DNA of 30,496 nucleotides from Cloacibacterium sp. (GCA_017995195.1 JAGOJI010000018.1:1-30496); one strand, 5' to 3'. Counted from the first letter of the stretch, positions 7,008 to 17,539 are shown. Program-made: numbers and translations. The notes: generated from the letters alone by a model not told the origin.

Positions 7008-8606
7008 TTATTCTTTAATGAGTTTTTCGGTATACAGTTGTGTCTTTGTTTTTACTTTTAATAAATAAACTCCTCGAGGTAAACTTTCTAAATCGATGGT
7101 GTTTTGGGGTTGCAAAGTCTTTATTTTTCTTCCTGAAACATCATACAATTTTATTTCGGTAATTTCCTCATTACTTTGGATATATAACTGATTTTTTACA
7201 GGATTGGGATATATTTTAAATGTTGATTTCGACCATTCCATCAGTGAAAGATATGCATTATAGATTGCTCCAAAATTAAGAACTCCATAGCCTTTTTGGT
7301 TATCGGGATTGGGATAGAGCGATGCTGTTTCTCTTAGTTTTTGTTTAATTTCTTCCCGAGATGTTGTTTTAGGAAGTGCCTGAAGCAAACACGCTACGCC
7401 ACCTGCCGCCAAAGGTGTTGCGTAAGATGTTCCATTTCCCGAGTAGGTTCCGTTGCTATAGCCAAAATACGTTCCTGTACCTCTTGCAGATGCATCGGGT
7501 TTTACAGTTCCCAAAGCATTGGGTCCGAATGATGAAAAACCAGAGCTATTCCCTGTGGAAGTAACTGCACCTATTGTAAATACCTTAGCATTATCTGCCG
7601 GTGTTGTAATATATTTCCATGGCTTATTGCCTTCGTTTCCTGCAGCAGCCAAAGTGAAAATACCCTTTTCCGCAGCAATCTGCAATCCTCTTGCAGCAAA
7701 AGATTTTTGCCCCGTCATATCCGCATAAGTATAGTTGTAGCGTGAATCGTTGAACTCATTATAGCCCAGCGAAACTGTAATAATATCTACCCCTTTTCTA
7801 TCTGCTTCTTCAGCTGCCTGAATCAGGTAAAGCTCTTCTTCCGGAATTTCTCTTCTCCAGTCTTCTGTAACGTACAGATAAAAATCTGCATCGGGAGCTG
7901 AGCCCACAAAACTTCCTTCTACATATCCGCCTATTGTACCTAAACATTGAGAGCCGTGCGAACTCAACGTAGTACTATAAATATCGTTGTTTTTGAGGAT
8001 ATAATTAAAACCTCCCTTTATTTGTCCGCCATTTCTAAGTCTCTCGTATGCAGTACCTGTATCTACCGTAGGAAATCCCGCATCTATTACGGCAATGCTG
8101 ATTCCTTTTCCGGTATATCCTGCATCATGAAAAGGCTTTAGATTGATTTGGTTGATTTGATTGGCGGCTAAACCGTAATCGAAAGACATTTTATTCGTAA
8201 TAAGTGTTTCGAATTTATTTTGAGGAGCCGATTTTGCCCCTGATCTATTTTTAACAAAACTTTCTACTTTTTCTACAAACACAAGCGACTGGAGTTGCAA
8301 AATCTGCTCCGAAGTTGCATTTACAGCTACTCCATTCAGCCATTTGGAATAATCGTTTACTACAAAGCCCAAATTCCGAATCGCCTCTATATAAGAGGTT
8401 TCCAAAGGTGCATCTTGATCGTTGAGAGCAATCCCAAGATTTACCCTTCTGTCTAAAGATTTTTGACTAAGTTCCGATAACGGATTGGCATAGAAAGCCG
8501 ACTTATTGGGCTTATCTTTAAAGAAAACAAATACCAATTCGGTTTGGGCATTTATCCAACTGAAAATTAGGAGATACCAACCAAGAAAAAGTAATTTACT
8601 ACGCAT
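7008..8606 (-). CDS. S8 family (subtilisin-like) serine peptidase with T9SS C-terminal sorting domain
   Basis: Signal peptide. S8 motifs: 'AVIDAGF' (Asp), 'SHGSQCLGTIGG' (His), 'GTSYATPLAAGGVACLLQ' (Ser). C-terminal 'KIYPNPVKNQLYIQS...RGVYLLKVKT' is the Por_Secre_tail type. Confidence 0.85.
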   Translation of the reverse strand: MRSKLLFLGWYLLIFSWINAQTELVFVFFKDKPNKSAFYANPLSELSQKSLDRRVNLGIALNDQDAPLETSYIEAIRNLGFVVNDYSKWLNGVAVNATSEQILQLQSLVFVEKVESFVKNRSGAKSAPQNKFETLITNKMSFDYGLAANQINQINLKPFHDAGYTGKGISIAVIDAGFPTVDTGTAYERLRNGGQIKGGFNYILKNNDIYSTTLSSHGSQCLGTIGGYVEGSFVGSAPDADFYLYVTEDWRREIPEEELYLIQAAEEADRKGVDIITVSLGYNEFNDSRYNYTYADMTGQKSFAARGLQIAAEKGIFTLAAAGNEGNKPWKYITTPADNAKVFTIGAVTSTGNSSGFSSFGPNALGTVKPDASARGTGTYFGYSNGTYSGNGTSYATPLAAGGVACLLQALPKTTSREEIKQKLRETASLYPNPDNQKGYGVLNFGAIYNAYLSLMEWSKSTFKIYPNPVKNQLYIQSNEEITEIKLYDVSGRKIKTLQPQNTIDLESLPRGVYLLKVKTKTQLYTEKLIKE

Positions 8607-8637
8607 AGCTTTGGACTTCTTTTTGAAAATACACTAA

Positions 8638-9282
8638 TTAAACTCTCGCTCCGAAAATAGCCGACCCTATTCGTACAGAAGTTGCCCCACATGTTATAGC
8701 CAAAAGAAAATCGTCGCTCATTCCCATGGATAGTGTTTCTAATTTTTTCTGCGTCGAAAGTTCATCAAACAAGAGTTTAAGGGTCTGAAATTCGGATTTT
8801 ATTTGATCTTTATCTTCGGTAAAGGTAGCCATTCCCATAAGTCCTGTAATATTGACATGAGGATATTTTCCTGCCAAAAAATCACTGAACAACCGCTTTG
8901 CTTCTTCTATTTCCAAACCAAATTTGGTGTCTTCGTTAGCGATTTTGACCTGCAAGAGTATTTTGATAATTCTATTGCATTTATTAGCTTCTTTATTGAT
9001 TTCTGCGAGTAATTTTTCGCTATCTACACTCTGAATGGTGTCTATAAATTCGGCGATATACTTTACTTTATTGGTTTGCAAATGCCCTATCAAATGCCAT
9101 TGAATATCCTTGGGCAATTCCGGATACTTACTCAGAAGCTCTTGTACTCTGTTTTCGCCAAAAATCCTTTGTCCATAATTATAAACTTGTTGTATTTTTT
9201 CGACCGGATGATTTTTGGAAACCGCAACCAAATCAACCTGTTTCGGAAGTTGTGATTTTATTTTAGTATAATTTTCTTTCAT
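8638..9282 (-). CDS. yggS: YggS-family pyridoxal-phosphate homeostasis protein
   Basis: 'VDLVAVSKNHP...GENRVQEL' and C-terminal 'LSMGMSDDFLLAI..GATSVRIGSAIFG'. The ORF-track start at 9309 is TTG; an ATG (MKENYTK) lies at 9282. Confidence 0.85.
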   Translation of the reverse strand: MKENYTKIKSQLPKQVDLVAVSKNHPVEKIQQVYNYGQRIFGENRVQELLSKYPELPKDIQWHLIGHLQTNKVKYIAEFIDTIQSVDSEKLLAEINKEANKCNRIIKILLQVKIANEDTKFGLEIEEAKRLFSDFLAGKYPHVNITGLMGMATFTEDKDQIKSEFQTLKLLFDELSTQKKLETLSMGMSDDFLLAITCGATSVRIGSAIFGARV

Positions 9283-9546
9283 CTGATTCTTTTTTATTTG
9301 AACCTTCAAGTTTTTTCATTGGTTAAAGTAACCTCGGTTCGAGATAAGACATTTAATCACCTAGGTAAACGAAGATATTTATTAATTTGATTTTCATCTA
9401 TTTAAGCTCAATAAAGGTGTAAAACTTAGAAGCAATACCAAGTTTGTATTACTCTCTTAAACGAAGTTCCTTAGTCTATTAAAAACAATCTAAAAAAAAA
9501 GCATTCATTTTCAATTGTTTATAAATTTTTATTAACCCGAATTAGG

Positions 9547-10377
9547 TTAAAGTAGTTTTATTTTGTCCTCCGAAATTTCAATTTTTTTGTCTTTATATAG
9601 TCCTCCAATAGCTTTTTTAAAATTCTTTTTACTCATTTGAAGTTCTTCTTTTATCTCCTCAGGAGTAGACTTGTCGGATAAATACAGTAAACCGTAGTTT
9701 CTTTCTAAAGCATCAAGAATACTTTGTTTAAATTCATCAATATGTTCAAAACCTTCGGGTTGAAGCGATATATCTATTTTTCCATCTTCACGGATGGTTT
9801 TAATATAGCCTACTTCTTCGGATAAGGGATATAATTTTTTGTACACATCTGATGTATAAATGAGTCCTATATATTTTTTATTGACAACTACATTCCAGCC
9901 AAGCTCTGTCTCGTTCATCAAAATAAGGTTTACCTTGTCGTTTTTCTTAAAGGGTAAGTTTTCGTACTGAGGATTTCTTTTGAATTTGGTAGTACCCGTA
10001 ATACGGTGAGACAATTCTTCTACAAAGACATATACCAAATATCTTTTACCTTCTATAATTTTAGATTTCTGTTCTTTGTAAGGAATGAAAAGATCTTTAA
10101 TAATGCCCCAATCCATAAAAGCACCGCTCGGCAAGGATTGTACACAGGTCATTACCGCAAACTCGCCGACTTCACAAAAGGGTTTTTCGGTGGTGGCTTT
10201 AAGTTTTTCATCGTCCTGATAAACGAAAACCTCTATTTCGGTTCCTATCTCGGCAGTATCGTCTGCAAATATTTTGGGCAAAAAAGCTCTCTCTGCGTTT
10301 TCGGATTCAAGAAAAATCCCCGAATTGTTTTTTTCTGCTATTCTTAATATTTGAGTTCTACCGAGTTCCATTGCCAT
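9547..10377 (-). CDS. cvfB: CvfB-family S1-domain RNA-binding protein
   Basis: 'MAMELGRTQILRIAEKNNSGIFLES..AFLPK...EIGTEIEVFVYQDDEKLKATTEKPFCEVGEFAVMTCVQSLPSGAFMDWGIIKDLFIP' closely parallels B. subtilis YitL/CvfB. The ORF-track start is TTG; an ATG lies at 10377. Confidence 0.8.
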   Translation of the reverse strand: MAMELGRTQILRIAEKNNSGIFLESENAERAFLPKIFADDTAEIGTEIEVFVYQDDEKLKATTEKPFCEVGEFAVMTCVQSLPSGAFMDWGIIKDLFIPYKEQKSKIIEGKRYLVYVFVEELSHRITGTTKFKRNPQYENLPFKKNDKVNLILMNETELGWNVVVNKKYIGLIYTSDVYKKLYPLSEEVGYIKTIREDGKIDISLQPEGFEHIDEFKQSILDALERNYGLLYLSDKSTPEEIKEELQMSKKNFKKAIGGLYKDKKIEISEDKIKLL

Positions 10378-10548
10378 TAAATTGATGTAATACGCAAAGA
10401 TATTGAAAAAAGATGGGAAATCAGTTTTCAATACTAAAATCTCATTACTACTCTTTTACTTCATCAATCTTTTTTATTTGAATCGATTTCACGAAAATAT
10501 TTTTTGCTGATACATCTTCCATATTTTCAAATCCATTATTTTTGCAGT

Positions 10549-11388
10549 ATGAAAATTGCATTTTTAGGTCCTCAGGCATCATTTACTCAACTGGCTGCTA
10601 TACAAATTTTTCCTAATGAAGAGTTGATTTCGCAATCAAGCATTTTAGATTGCTTTTCGGCGGTTACCAACGGAAGTGTCGATAAAGCGGTAGTTCCTTT
10701 AGAAAATTCTATTGAAGGTACCGTTTCTATGACGCTGGATTACCTGTACGATTATCACGGCATTTTTATAGAAGGTGAGGTTATTATGCCCATTTCCCAT
10801 CATTTAATGGTTCATCCCGAAAACGAAACTTTCGAAAAAATATATTCTCATCCTCAAGCATTGGCACAGTGCTATCATTTTTTACATAAGCATTATAAGG
10901 ATATTCCAAGGTTAGATTACGCTTCTACCGCTGCTTCTGCTCAGTTGGTTTCAGAGAATCCCGAGCAGAAATTAGCTGCAATTGCCAACTCCTATGCCGC
11001 AAAATTGTATGGTCTAAAGACCCTTCACTCCAAAATTCAGGATTTTGAACAAAACCACACCAAATTTATTGTGATTTCCAAACTCAAGCAATCCCTCAAT
11101 ATGGGTTTCGAAAAAACAGGTGAAAAAACAAGTCTTTTGGTTACCTTACCCGAAGATCATGCAGGAGGTTTGCATCAGGTATTATCGGTTTTTGCATGGC
11201 GAAGAATGAACCTAAGCAAAATAGAATCCCGAACATTGAAAACAGGCTTGGGTAATTATTTTTTCTTTATTAATGTAGCCAACGAATGGCATCCTGTACT
11301 GTCTCAAGGTGCAATAGACGAATTGGAGGCACTGGGCTGTTCGGTAAAAATGTTGGGGCACTACAGCGAATATTTGCTTGAAACCTAA
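10549..11388 (+). CDS. pheA: Prephenate dehydratase (PDT + ACT domains)
   Basis: '[17 protein letters not shown]' start. C-terminal ACT region with '[18 protein letters not shown]' (ESRP-type motif). The ORF-track start at 10504 is TTG; the ATG lies at 10549. Confidence 0.85.
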   Translation: MKIAFLGPQASFTQLAAIQIFPNEELISQSSILDCFSAVTNGSVDKAVVPLENSIEGTVSMTLDYLYDYHGIFIEGEVIMPISHHLMVHPENETFEKIYSHPQALAQCYHFLHKHYKDIPRLDYASTAASAQLVSENPEQKLAAIANSYAAKLYGLKTLHSKIQDFEQNHTKFIVISKLKQSLNMGFEKTGEKTSLLVTLPEDHAGGLHQVLSVFAWRRMNLSKIESRTLKTGLGNYFFFINVANEWHPVLSQGAIDELEALGCSVKMLGHYSEYLLET

Positions 11389-12026
11389 TCTCTTGTTAGA
11401 AAATACAGTACAACTAAAGCCGAAATCAATAAAACAATTGCCCAAATCCTAATTGGAGACAGCTTTGCTTCAGGTTCTTTTTCTAAAAAAGGGTTTGAGT
11501 CGCTGTGAGGTGGTAATTCAACCTCCGCTTCCGAAGCCGAAAGTTCTAAAATACTTATCCCTTGAACTACCGACTGGTGAAGCAAAGTATTGGTAGCATG
11601 AAGAATTACTTGAAATCTTCCGTCTCTATCGAACTCCTTAATTTTGAAAACTCTTTCTCCATAAGGTTTTTCTAAGCCAAAAGGAGTTATTTTTACCACA
11701 TCGGCATCATAGGTCTGCCACGAAATTCTGATTTCGTCTCCTATTCTTGCTCTTATTTTGTTCGCATGAAAATTTTTGATGCTTGGAGGCAATGTAGAAC
11801 GGGAATTCCGATGGTGACTCCCCAAATTTTGATCGTATATTTTACGTTTCTCGGTATCACTCAGGGCTTCGTAGGCTTCTGTAATTTCTCGAAACCTTTC
11901 GGTAAAAAAATCATCGTTGTCATTTTTATCAGGATGATACTTCAAAGAAAGTTTACGGTAGGCTTTTTTGATTTCTTCCTCGGAAGCATCACTTTTAACA
12001 CCTAAAAAATAGTAATAATCTTTCAT
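11385..12026 (-). CDS. Tail-anchored J-domain (DnaJ-like) protein
   Basis: J domain '[36 protein letters not shown]' with HPD tripeptide. C-terminal TM anchor '[19 protein letters not shown]'. The ATG at 12024-12026 is taken as the start because the ORF-track start is TTG. Confidence 0.8.
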   Translation of the reverse strand: MKDYYYFLGVKSDASEEEIKKAYRKLSLKYHPDKNDNDDFFTERFREITEAYEALSDTEKRKIYDQNLGSHHRNSRSTLPPSIKNFHANKIRARIGDEIRISWQTYDADVVKITPFGLEKPYGERVFKIKEFDRDGRFQVILHATNTLLHQSVVQGISILELSASEAEVELPPHSDSNPFLEKEPEAKLSPIRIWAIVLLISALVVLYFLTRD

Positions 12027-12230
12027 GAAACAAACAACAAATTTAAAGATATTCTCAAAACACTTGGTAAAAACAAAGAATTTCCAAATTTTCTTCAAAA
12101 ATAAGAATATTTAATCATTCAAAATTGTATTTTTATGCTTCATAAAAACAGCATCTATGGAATCACCATGACTACTGTGAAGAAAGAGACAATTGCACAT
12201 GACCAATAAAAAAAACAATAAAATCGACCT

Positions 12231-13295
12231 ATGAAAATTGATGAAAATGCAGATATTAAAATTTCTAAAAAGAAAATCAACTATCCACTCAACAACGAGT
12301 TATTTGATTATTTAAAAGAAAACGACCGATATTTTAAATCACCCATTACCTACAACGATTTGTTGAGGTATACCGAACATTACCCAATTTACGACAAATA
12401 TGGCAAAGACACGCTGTGGATTGGTGTGGTATTCAATCATTTTGAGATGGATGAGATAAATGAAGGAATCAAAAAAATTTACCAGTGGCTGAAATCCAAC
12501 GGAAACGAGGAAGCAACCGGACATCTTATCGTAGATAATATCGACTATTGTACTTTTGGGAATTCCAATCCTTTTCGGATAAAAATCCGAAACCAATACA
12601 ACGATAACCACGATTATTTCTACATCAAAAAAGCCGATGCTTCCCGAGTTTACGGACTTGAACTGGAACACATCTTATCTCCCAACCATATCAACTTTTT
12701 GGTTTACGAAGACACTTTGGTAGAAGAGCATATCTCGGGCATACCGGGAGATATGTTTTTGGAAAACTACATGAACGAGAAAACCAACAGAATACGCTTA
12801 GCAAAAGAATTTGTAAAGTTCAATGAACGTTGTTTTATGCGATTGTTGGGCGATCAGAGATCGTATAACTTCGTTATTGTATTAACGCCCGATTTTGATG
12901 AGATGCAATACAGAATTCGCAGTATAGATTTCGATCAACAGTGCTACGAAGGAAGAATCAATCTCTACAAACCTCAATTTTTCAGGGAAAATTTGGAGTA
13001 TGTAAAGTGTGTTACCGAAAATGTGGAAGAAGCCTCTATAAAACAATACCAAGACGAGGAAAGAGCCCTTTTGGCCAAAAGAATGATTGCAGATAAAGTA
13101 CGCCTGGAACATCTACTAAAAGTGATGAAAAAAGATCATATTGCTCCTCAGGAAAAAGTAGAGAGCCTAAAATCGGAAATTTATGATTACCTAAAAGACA
13201 ACCAACTGAAACACTGCAAAACAATGGGAGAAATTGTAGACGTATGCCTGCAATTTATTTTAAGAAACTATATGACCGCCATTACCAACAGATAG
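12231..13295 (+). CDS. Uncharacterised protein with protein-kinase-like motifs (candidate atypical kinase fold)
   Basis: 354 aa with no signal peptide. 'YIKKAD' (beta3 Lys-like), 'LLGDQRSYNFVIVL' (DxxxxN catalytic-loop-like), 'YRIRSIDFDQQ' (DFG-like, 25 residues later). Otherwise there is no recognisable family. Confidence 0.55.
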   Translation: MKIDENADIKISKKKINYPLNNELFDYLKENDRYFKSPITYNDLLRYTEHYPIYDKYGKDTLWIGVVFNHFEMDEINEGIKKIYQWLKSNGNEEATGHLIVDNIDYCTFGNSNPFRIKIRNQYNDNHDYFYIKKADASRVYGLELEHILSPNHINFLVYEDTLVEEHISGIPGDMFLENYMNEKTNRIRLAKEFVKFNERCFMRLLGDQRSYNFVIVLTPDFDEMQYRIRSIDFDQQCYEGRINLYKPQFFRENLEYVKCVTENVEEASIKQYQDEERALLAKRMIADKVRLEHLLKVMKKDHIAPQEKVESLKSEIYDYLKDNQLKHCKTMGEIVDVCLQFILRNYMTAITNR

Positions 13296-13711
13296 ATTTT
13301 AAAACTTATATCAAACACCTTTGCAGGAGCAAAAAGAATATGATTGTTGCATTTCCTTACGCATAATTCTTATGAGTATACTCCATAACAAAAAATTATG
13401 GTTCTTCTCCAAAAACTGTAGAGTGATTATACTTTTAATCTTTAATCCGTTTATCACAAAACAAGCTTTTATTCTACAACCTTTTTTAAGCTAAGCAAAG
13501 GTGATTCGCTTATAGAAGTAAAACCAAAATACTTCGTATTTCATGGCTAAATCAGAAAAATAAAGCATCAGAAAATGAGTTTTATTAAAATAATATTTCT
13601 ATACAAAATGGCGAAGAGACAAAATTTAAAATACAATTAAATTTACTTTGAGCCTCTTTTTTTTTAATTCCTAAATTAAATCCGACCGAAAAAAATGCCT
13701 ATTTTTGTTCG

Positions 13712-16258
13712 ATGCTAAATAACCAGAGAACAGAGAAATTCAGGCAGGTAGTGGAGAATAAATTTCTCATCTACAACAGCCTTTTTATGAACTTGCCTTA
13801 CGAAAAAATGGCAAGCATTACCCACCTTTTGCCTTTTCTTTATGATGAAAGCAAAAGCGGCTACGCCGAAAGCAAATCCCCTGAAGAAATTTTAGACAGT
13901 TTCTTTGCAAAATATTTAGAAAATTATACCGAAGATCAAAAAATTGACCTTTTGTTTAAGCTCATACAATACATTGAGAGACAGGTGGTATTGTTTGATA
14001 GTATTGAAGATGCTGCATTTCAAAAACTACATTCCGAAAGCGATGCCGGCACAGTAACTCACCTCTACGAACGTGCCACACAGGAACGAAAAATAGATAA
14101 TGTCCGAAAAAAAATGAAAAACTTCGGGGTCAAGGTAGTATTTACCGCTCATCCTACTCAGTTTTACCCTAATTCGGTTCAGAGAATTTTACATGATTTA
14201 CGGGTTGCTATTTTGCACGACAATGTAGAAGAAATAGATTTGCTCCTGCAACAATTAGGCAAAACACCGTTTGTGAACAAAAAACGCCCAACACCATTTG
14301 ATGAAGCCATGAGCATCATCTACTATCTGCGATATGTATATTATGATACCATAGGTGAACTTTACAAGAAAATAAAAACAACTTTTGGAAATCAAGATTT
14401 CAATCCCGATGAAAACTTAATTCAGTTGGGGTTTTGGCCCGGAGGCGATAGAGACGGCAATCCTTTTGTAACAGCAGAAATTACCATGAAGGTAGCAGAA
14501 GAACTGCGTTCTTCTATTCTTAAAAGCCACTACAACAGAGCAAAATACGTACTGCGAAAGCTAAGTTTCGGAGGAGTTTCGGAGATTTTGGAAGAACTGA
14601 GTAAAGAGCTGTATTCCAATATGTTTTTTAACGATACCGGCCTAACCACAGAAGCCATTCTTCAGCAACTGAATAAAGCCAAAAAGATATTAATAGAAGA
14701 GCACAACAGCCTTTTCATCAATATTTTAGAAGATTTTATTGATCGGGTAAAAGTTTTTGGAACTCATTTTGCCACTTTGGATATTCGGCAAGATGCTGCC
14801 ATTCATCAAAAAGTAATTGATGATATTCTGAAGCATCAATCTTCCATGAATCCCGAAACTTCTTCACCCGAAGAAAAGATGAAATGGTTGCTGACAACAG
14901 ATTTAGTTTTGAATCCTAATGATTTTGAAGATGAAATCACAAAAGATACCCTAAAAACAATAACTCAGGTAAAGGACATTCAGAAACTGAATGGAGAAAG
15001 AGGTATGTACCGCTACATTATTTCCAACTCCGAAAGCCAATATGACGTATTGAATGTATACGCCCTTTTCAAACTCTGCGGATACCATGAAGAGGAAATA
15101 AAAATGGATATTATTCCTCTTTTTGAAACATTAGACGGATTAAATAATGCCCAAAAAATCATGAAGGATTTGTACGCTTTTCCTTTGTACAAAAAGCATT
15201 TGGCACATAGAAAACAAGAGCAAACCATTATGTTGGGATTTTCCGATGGCACCAAATATGCAGGCTACCTGAAAGCGAATTGGGAAATCTACACTGCCAA
15301 GGAAAAGTTGACAGAAATATCCGAAGAAAACGGTATTAAAGTTATTTTCTTCGATGGGCGTGGAGGACCGCCTTCTCGTGGTGGCGGAAAAACCCACCAA
15401 TTCTACGCCTCCCAAGGAAAAACCATTGCCAATAACAGAATAGAAATTACCATACAAGGGCAAACCATAACAAGTGTTTTTGGAAACAAAGACCAAGCAA
15501 AATATAATTTTGAGCAATTGCTTACCGCAGGGATTGACAATGAGGTTTTCGCCAATCAAAAAAAAGAAATTTCACAACAGCAAAGAATACTCATGAGCGA
15601 GCTTTCTGCACTTAGTTTTGAAAAATACGAAGCTCTGAAAACGCATCCACTATTCGTGCCTTACCTCCAAGAAATGAGTACCCTCGAATATTACGGAAAA
15701 ACCAATATCGGCAGTCGCCCCAGCAAGAGAGGAAGCCAAAGCAGTCTGAAATTTGAAGACCTAAGAGCTATACCTTTTGTAGGAGCTTGGGCTCAGCTCA
15801 AGCAGAATGTTCCGGGTTTTTACGGATTCGGATTTGCATTGCATGAGTTGAAAAAACAAGGAAGATTTGATGAAGTAATCCAATTGTACAAAAACTCCGA
15901 TTTTTTCAAAACACTGGTACTGAATAGTATGATGTCTATGAATAAATCCTATTTCCCATTGACCTATTATATGAAAAACAATCCTGTATATGGCGAGTTT
16001 TGGGATATTCTTTACGATGAATTTCTATTATCTAAAGATTTAATGCTTGAACTTACAGGCTTCGAAATTCTTATGCAAGAAGAGCCTATCTCACGAAAAT
16101 CGGTCAACTTGAGAGAAAAAATAGTTTTACCACTTTTAACGATTCAGCAGTACGCTCTTATAAAAATTCAAAAAGGAGAAGGAAATCGGGAGATTTATGA
16201 AAAACTGGTTACTCGATCTCTTTTCGGAAACATCAATGCAAGTAGAAACTCTGCATAA
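13712..16258 (+). CDS. ppc: Phosphoenolpyruvate carboxylase
   Basis: Hallmark motifs 'VVFTAHPTQ' and 'FFDGRGGPPSRGGGKTHQ'. 848-aa ORF. The true start may be a downstream ATG (about 13787 or 13808), because a TAnnTTTG box sits only 4-5 nt before 13712. Confidence 0.9.
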   Translation: MLNNQRTEKFRQVVENKFLIYNSLFMNLPYEKMASITHLLPFLYDESKSGYAESKSPEEILDSFFAKYLENYTEDQKIDLLFKLIQYIERQVVLFDSIEDAAFQKLHSESDAGTVTHLYERATQERKIDNVRKKMKNFGVKVVFTAHPTQFYPNSVQRILHDLRVAILHDNVEEIDLLLQQLGKTPFVNKKRPTPFDEAMSIIYYLRYVYYDTIGELYKKIKTTFGNQDFNPDENLIQLGFWPGGDRDGNPFVTAEITMKVAEELRSSILKSHYNRAKYVLRKLSFGGVSEILEELSKELYSNMFFNDTGLTTEAILQQLNKAKKILIEEHNSLFINILEDFIDRVKVFGTHFATLDIRQDAAIHQKVIDDILKHQSSMNPETSSPEEKMKWLLTTDLVLNPNDFEDEITKDTLKTITQVKDIQKLNGERGMYRYIISNSESQYDVLNVYALFKLCGYHEEEIKMDIIPLFETLDGLNNAQKIMKDLYAFPLYKKHLAHRKQEQTIMLGFSDGTKYAGYLKANWEIYTAKEKLTEISEENGIKVIFFDGRGGPPSRGGGKTHQFYASQGKTIANNRIEITIQGQTITSVFGNKDQAKYNFEQLLTAGIDNEVFANQKKEISQQQRILMSELSALSFEKYEALKTHPLFVPYLQEMSTLEYYGKTNIGSRPSKRGSQSSLKFEDLRAIPFVGAWAQLKQNVPGFYGFGFALHELKKQGRFDEVIQLYKNSDFFKTLVLNSMMSMNKSYFPLTYYMKNNPVYGEFWDILYDEFLLSKDLMLELTGFEILMQEEPISRKSVNLREKIVLPLLTIQQYALIKIQKGEGNREIYEKLVTRSLFGNINASRNSA

Positions 16259-16302
16259 GGAAGGAGGTTATAAGGTTACCAAATTTTGTTTACATTAAAA
16301 GA

Positions 16303-16326
16303 AAATTCCTGAATTCCAGGAATTTA
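16303..16326. terminator. Palindromic hairpin (aaattcctg aattc caggaattt) between convergent ppc and the 161-aa gene
   Basis: Perfect 9-bp stem read from the sequence. Weak flanking A/T runs. Coordinates +/-2. Confidence 0.35.
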
Positions 16327-16390
16327 ACTGTCTTGTTGACACAAAATTCAGTACCAATCATTTTACTCAAGAGTCCAAATTATCCTTACA

Positions 16391-16876
16391 TTATTTATTT
16401 TTCCAATAGGTTTTGAAATTTAGGGTTTTTATGTAGTTTTTCCAGTCACCGTTAAATTCCAAAACATATTGGTTTTGAGCATTTTGAGGGTGGTCTTTTT
16501 CTGCATCAAAATCCAAAATCATTTTTAATTTTCCTTTAAAAATTCCTGTATATTCACCTCCTTTTTCTTCATCGAACTGATAAGTGCCAAACATCACCAA
16601 CTTATTTTTGGAGTTTTTGAAACGCCGAATGTTAATTTTCCCTTTAAATTTCACGGTGTGATTTTCTACTGTCGAAAAACCTGCCACCCAATAGTCGTGA
16701 TCATTGTTGGGGTCTTGTCCGGCTTCTTCTATTTTTAAATCAATAGGCATATTATCTTGGCTTATATTGCCTTTGTAATAGGCTCCTTTGTTCTTCCATA
16801 CATCGGAAATATCGGGCATTTTTTGAGAAAAACCAAGTCCTGCAACCAATATGAAGCCGTATAATAATTTTTTCAT
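16391..16876 (-). CDS. Hypothetical secreted protein (signal peptide MKKLLYGFILVAGLGFSQ)
   Basis: 161 aa. N-terminal signal peptide. No recognisable domain. Last gene of the omp85-family gene cluster. Confidence 0.55.
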   Translation of the reverse strand: MKKLLYGFILVAGLGFSQKMPDISDVWKNKGAYYKGNISQDNMPIDLKIEEAGQDPNNDHDYWVAGFSTVENHTVKFKGKINIRRFKNSKNKLVMFGTYQFDEEKGGEYTGIFKGKLKMILDFDAEKDHPQNAQNQYVLEFNGDWKNYIKTLNFKTYWKNK

Positions 16877-16963
16877 CTGTGTTAATAATTTATTATTCTA
16901 AAGATTCTTGTGCTCAAAAACCTTGTTTTGGCATGGGTGTTTCATTTTTTGTTTTTCAAAGAA

Positions 16964-17539
16964 TCAATCTTTCCAACCCCAAGGTGAAGGTGGAGTTTCT
17001 ACAGGTTTTTCTAAATTAAAACTTACAGAAAATATTCTATCGGTCCCTACTCTTCTAAGATTATAGGTAAACTTCTTGTTATCTAAAGTTATCCACCAAA
17101 CATTACCCGAGGCATAACCTATTAAATTTGAGGTATATTGATCAGCAGGAAACATTTGTAAATTTTCGAATCCCGTATTACTGGCTTTTCCGCCATATTG
17201 TGTCACTTGGTCTTCGCTACCGTCTTGGTGCCTATGGTCGTGTTTAAGCTGGATAAGATTTTTTTCGTCTAAAGTAAGGATCCATGTTCTGGAAAGATCA
17301 TCTCCTACGTTAAAAGGAATTCTTATTCTGTTTTCTTCACAAGATTTAACGTGCATTACCAATTTCTGTCCTGTAAATCCGTCTCCTTCCTTAGCACCCG
17401 CAACAATATCTCCTTGATAGGATTTGCCGCAATGTTTTTTCAAATTCTCCCAAAATGTTAAACTTCCCGCTTTATTAGTTTGGGCATTTGCAGTAAAGGA
17501 AACTGCTAAAATAACTAAGGATACAACATATTTTATCAT
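16964..17539 (-). CDS. Hypothetical secreted protein (signal peptide MIKYVVSLVILAVSFTANAQ)
   Basis: About 191 aa from the internal ATG at 17539. It begins 14 nt after the stop of the Omp85-family gene. No recognisable domain. Confidence 0.55.
   Translation of the reverse strand: MIKYVVSLVILAVSFTANAQTNKAGSLTFWENLKKHCGKSYQGDIVAGAKEGDGFTGQKLVMHVKSCEENRIRIPFNVGDDLSRTWILTLDEKNLIQLKHDHRHQDGSEDQVTQYGGKASNTGFENLQMFPADQYTSNLIGYASGNVWWITLDNKKFTYNLRRVGTDRIFSVSFNLEKPVETPPSPWGWKD

Noticed and set aside
9310-9546. 237-bp gap between yggS and cvfB with short repeated 'aaacgaag' words
   Set aside because: Only short, low-information repeats and no convincing hairpin or conserved RNA motif. Most likely it simply houses the yggS promoter.
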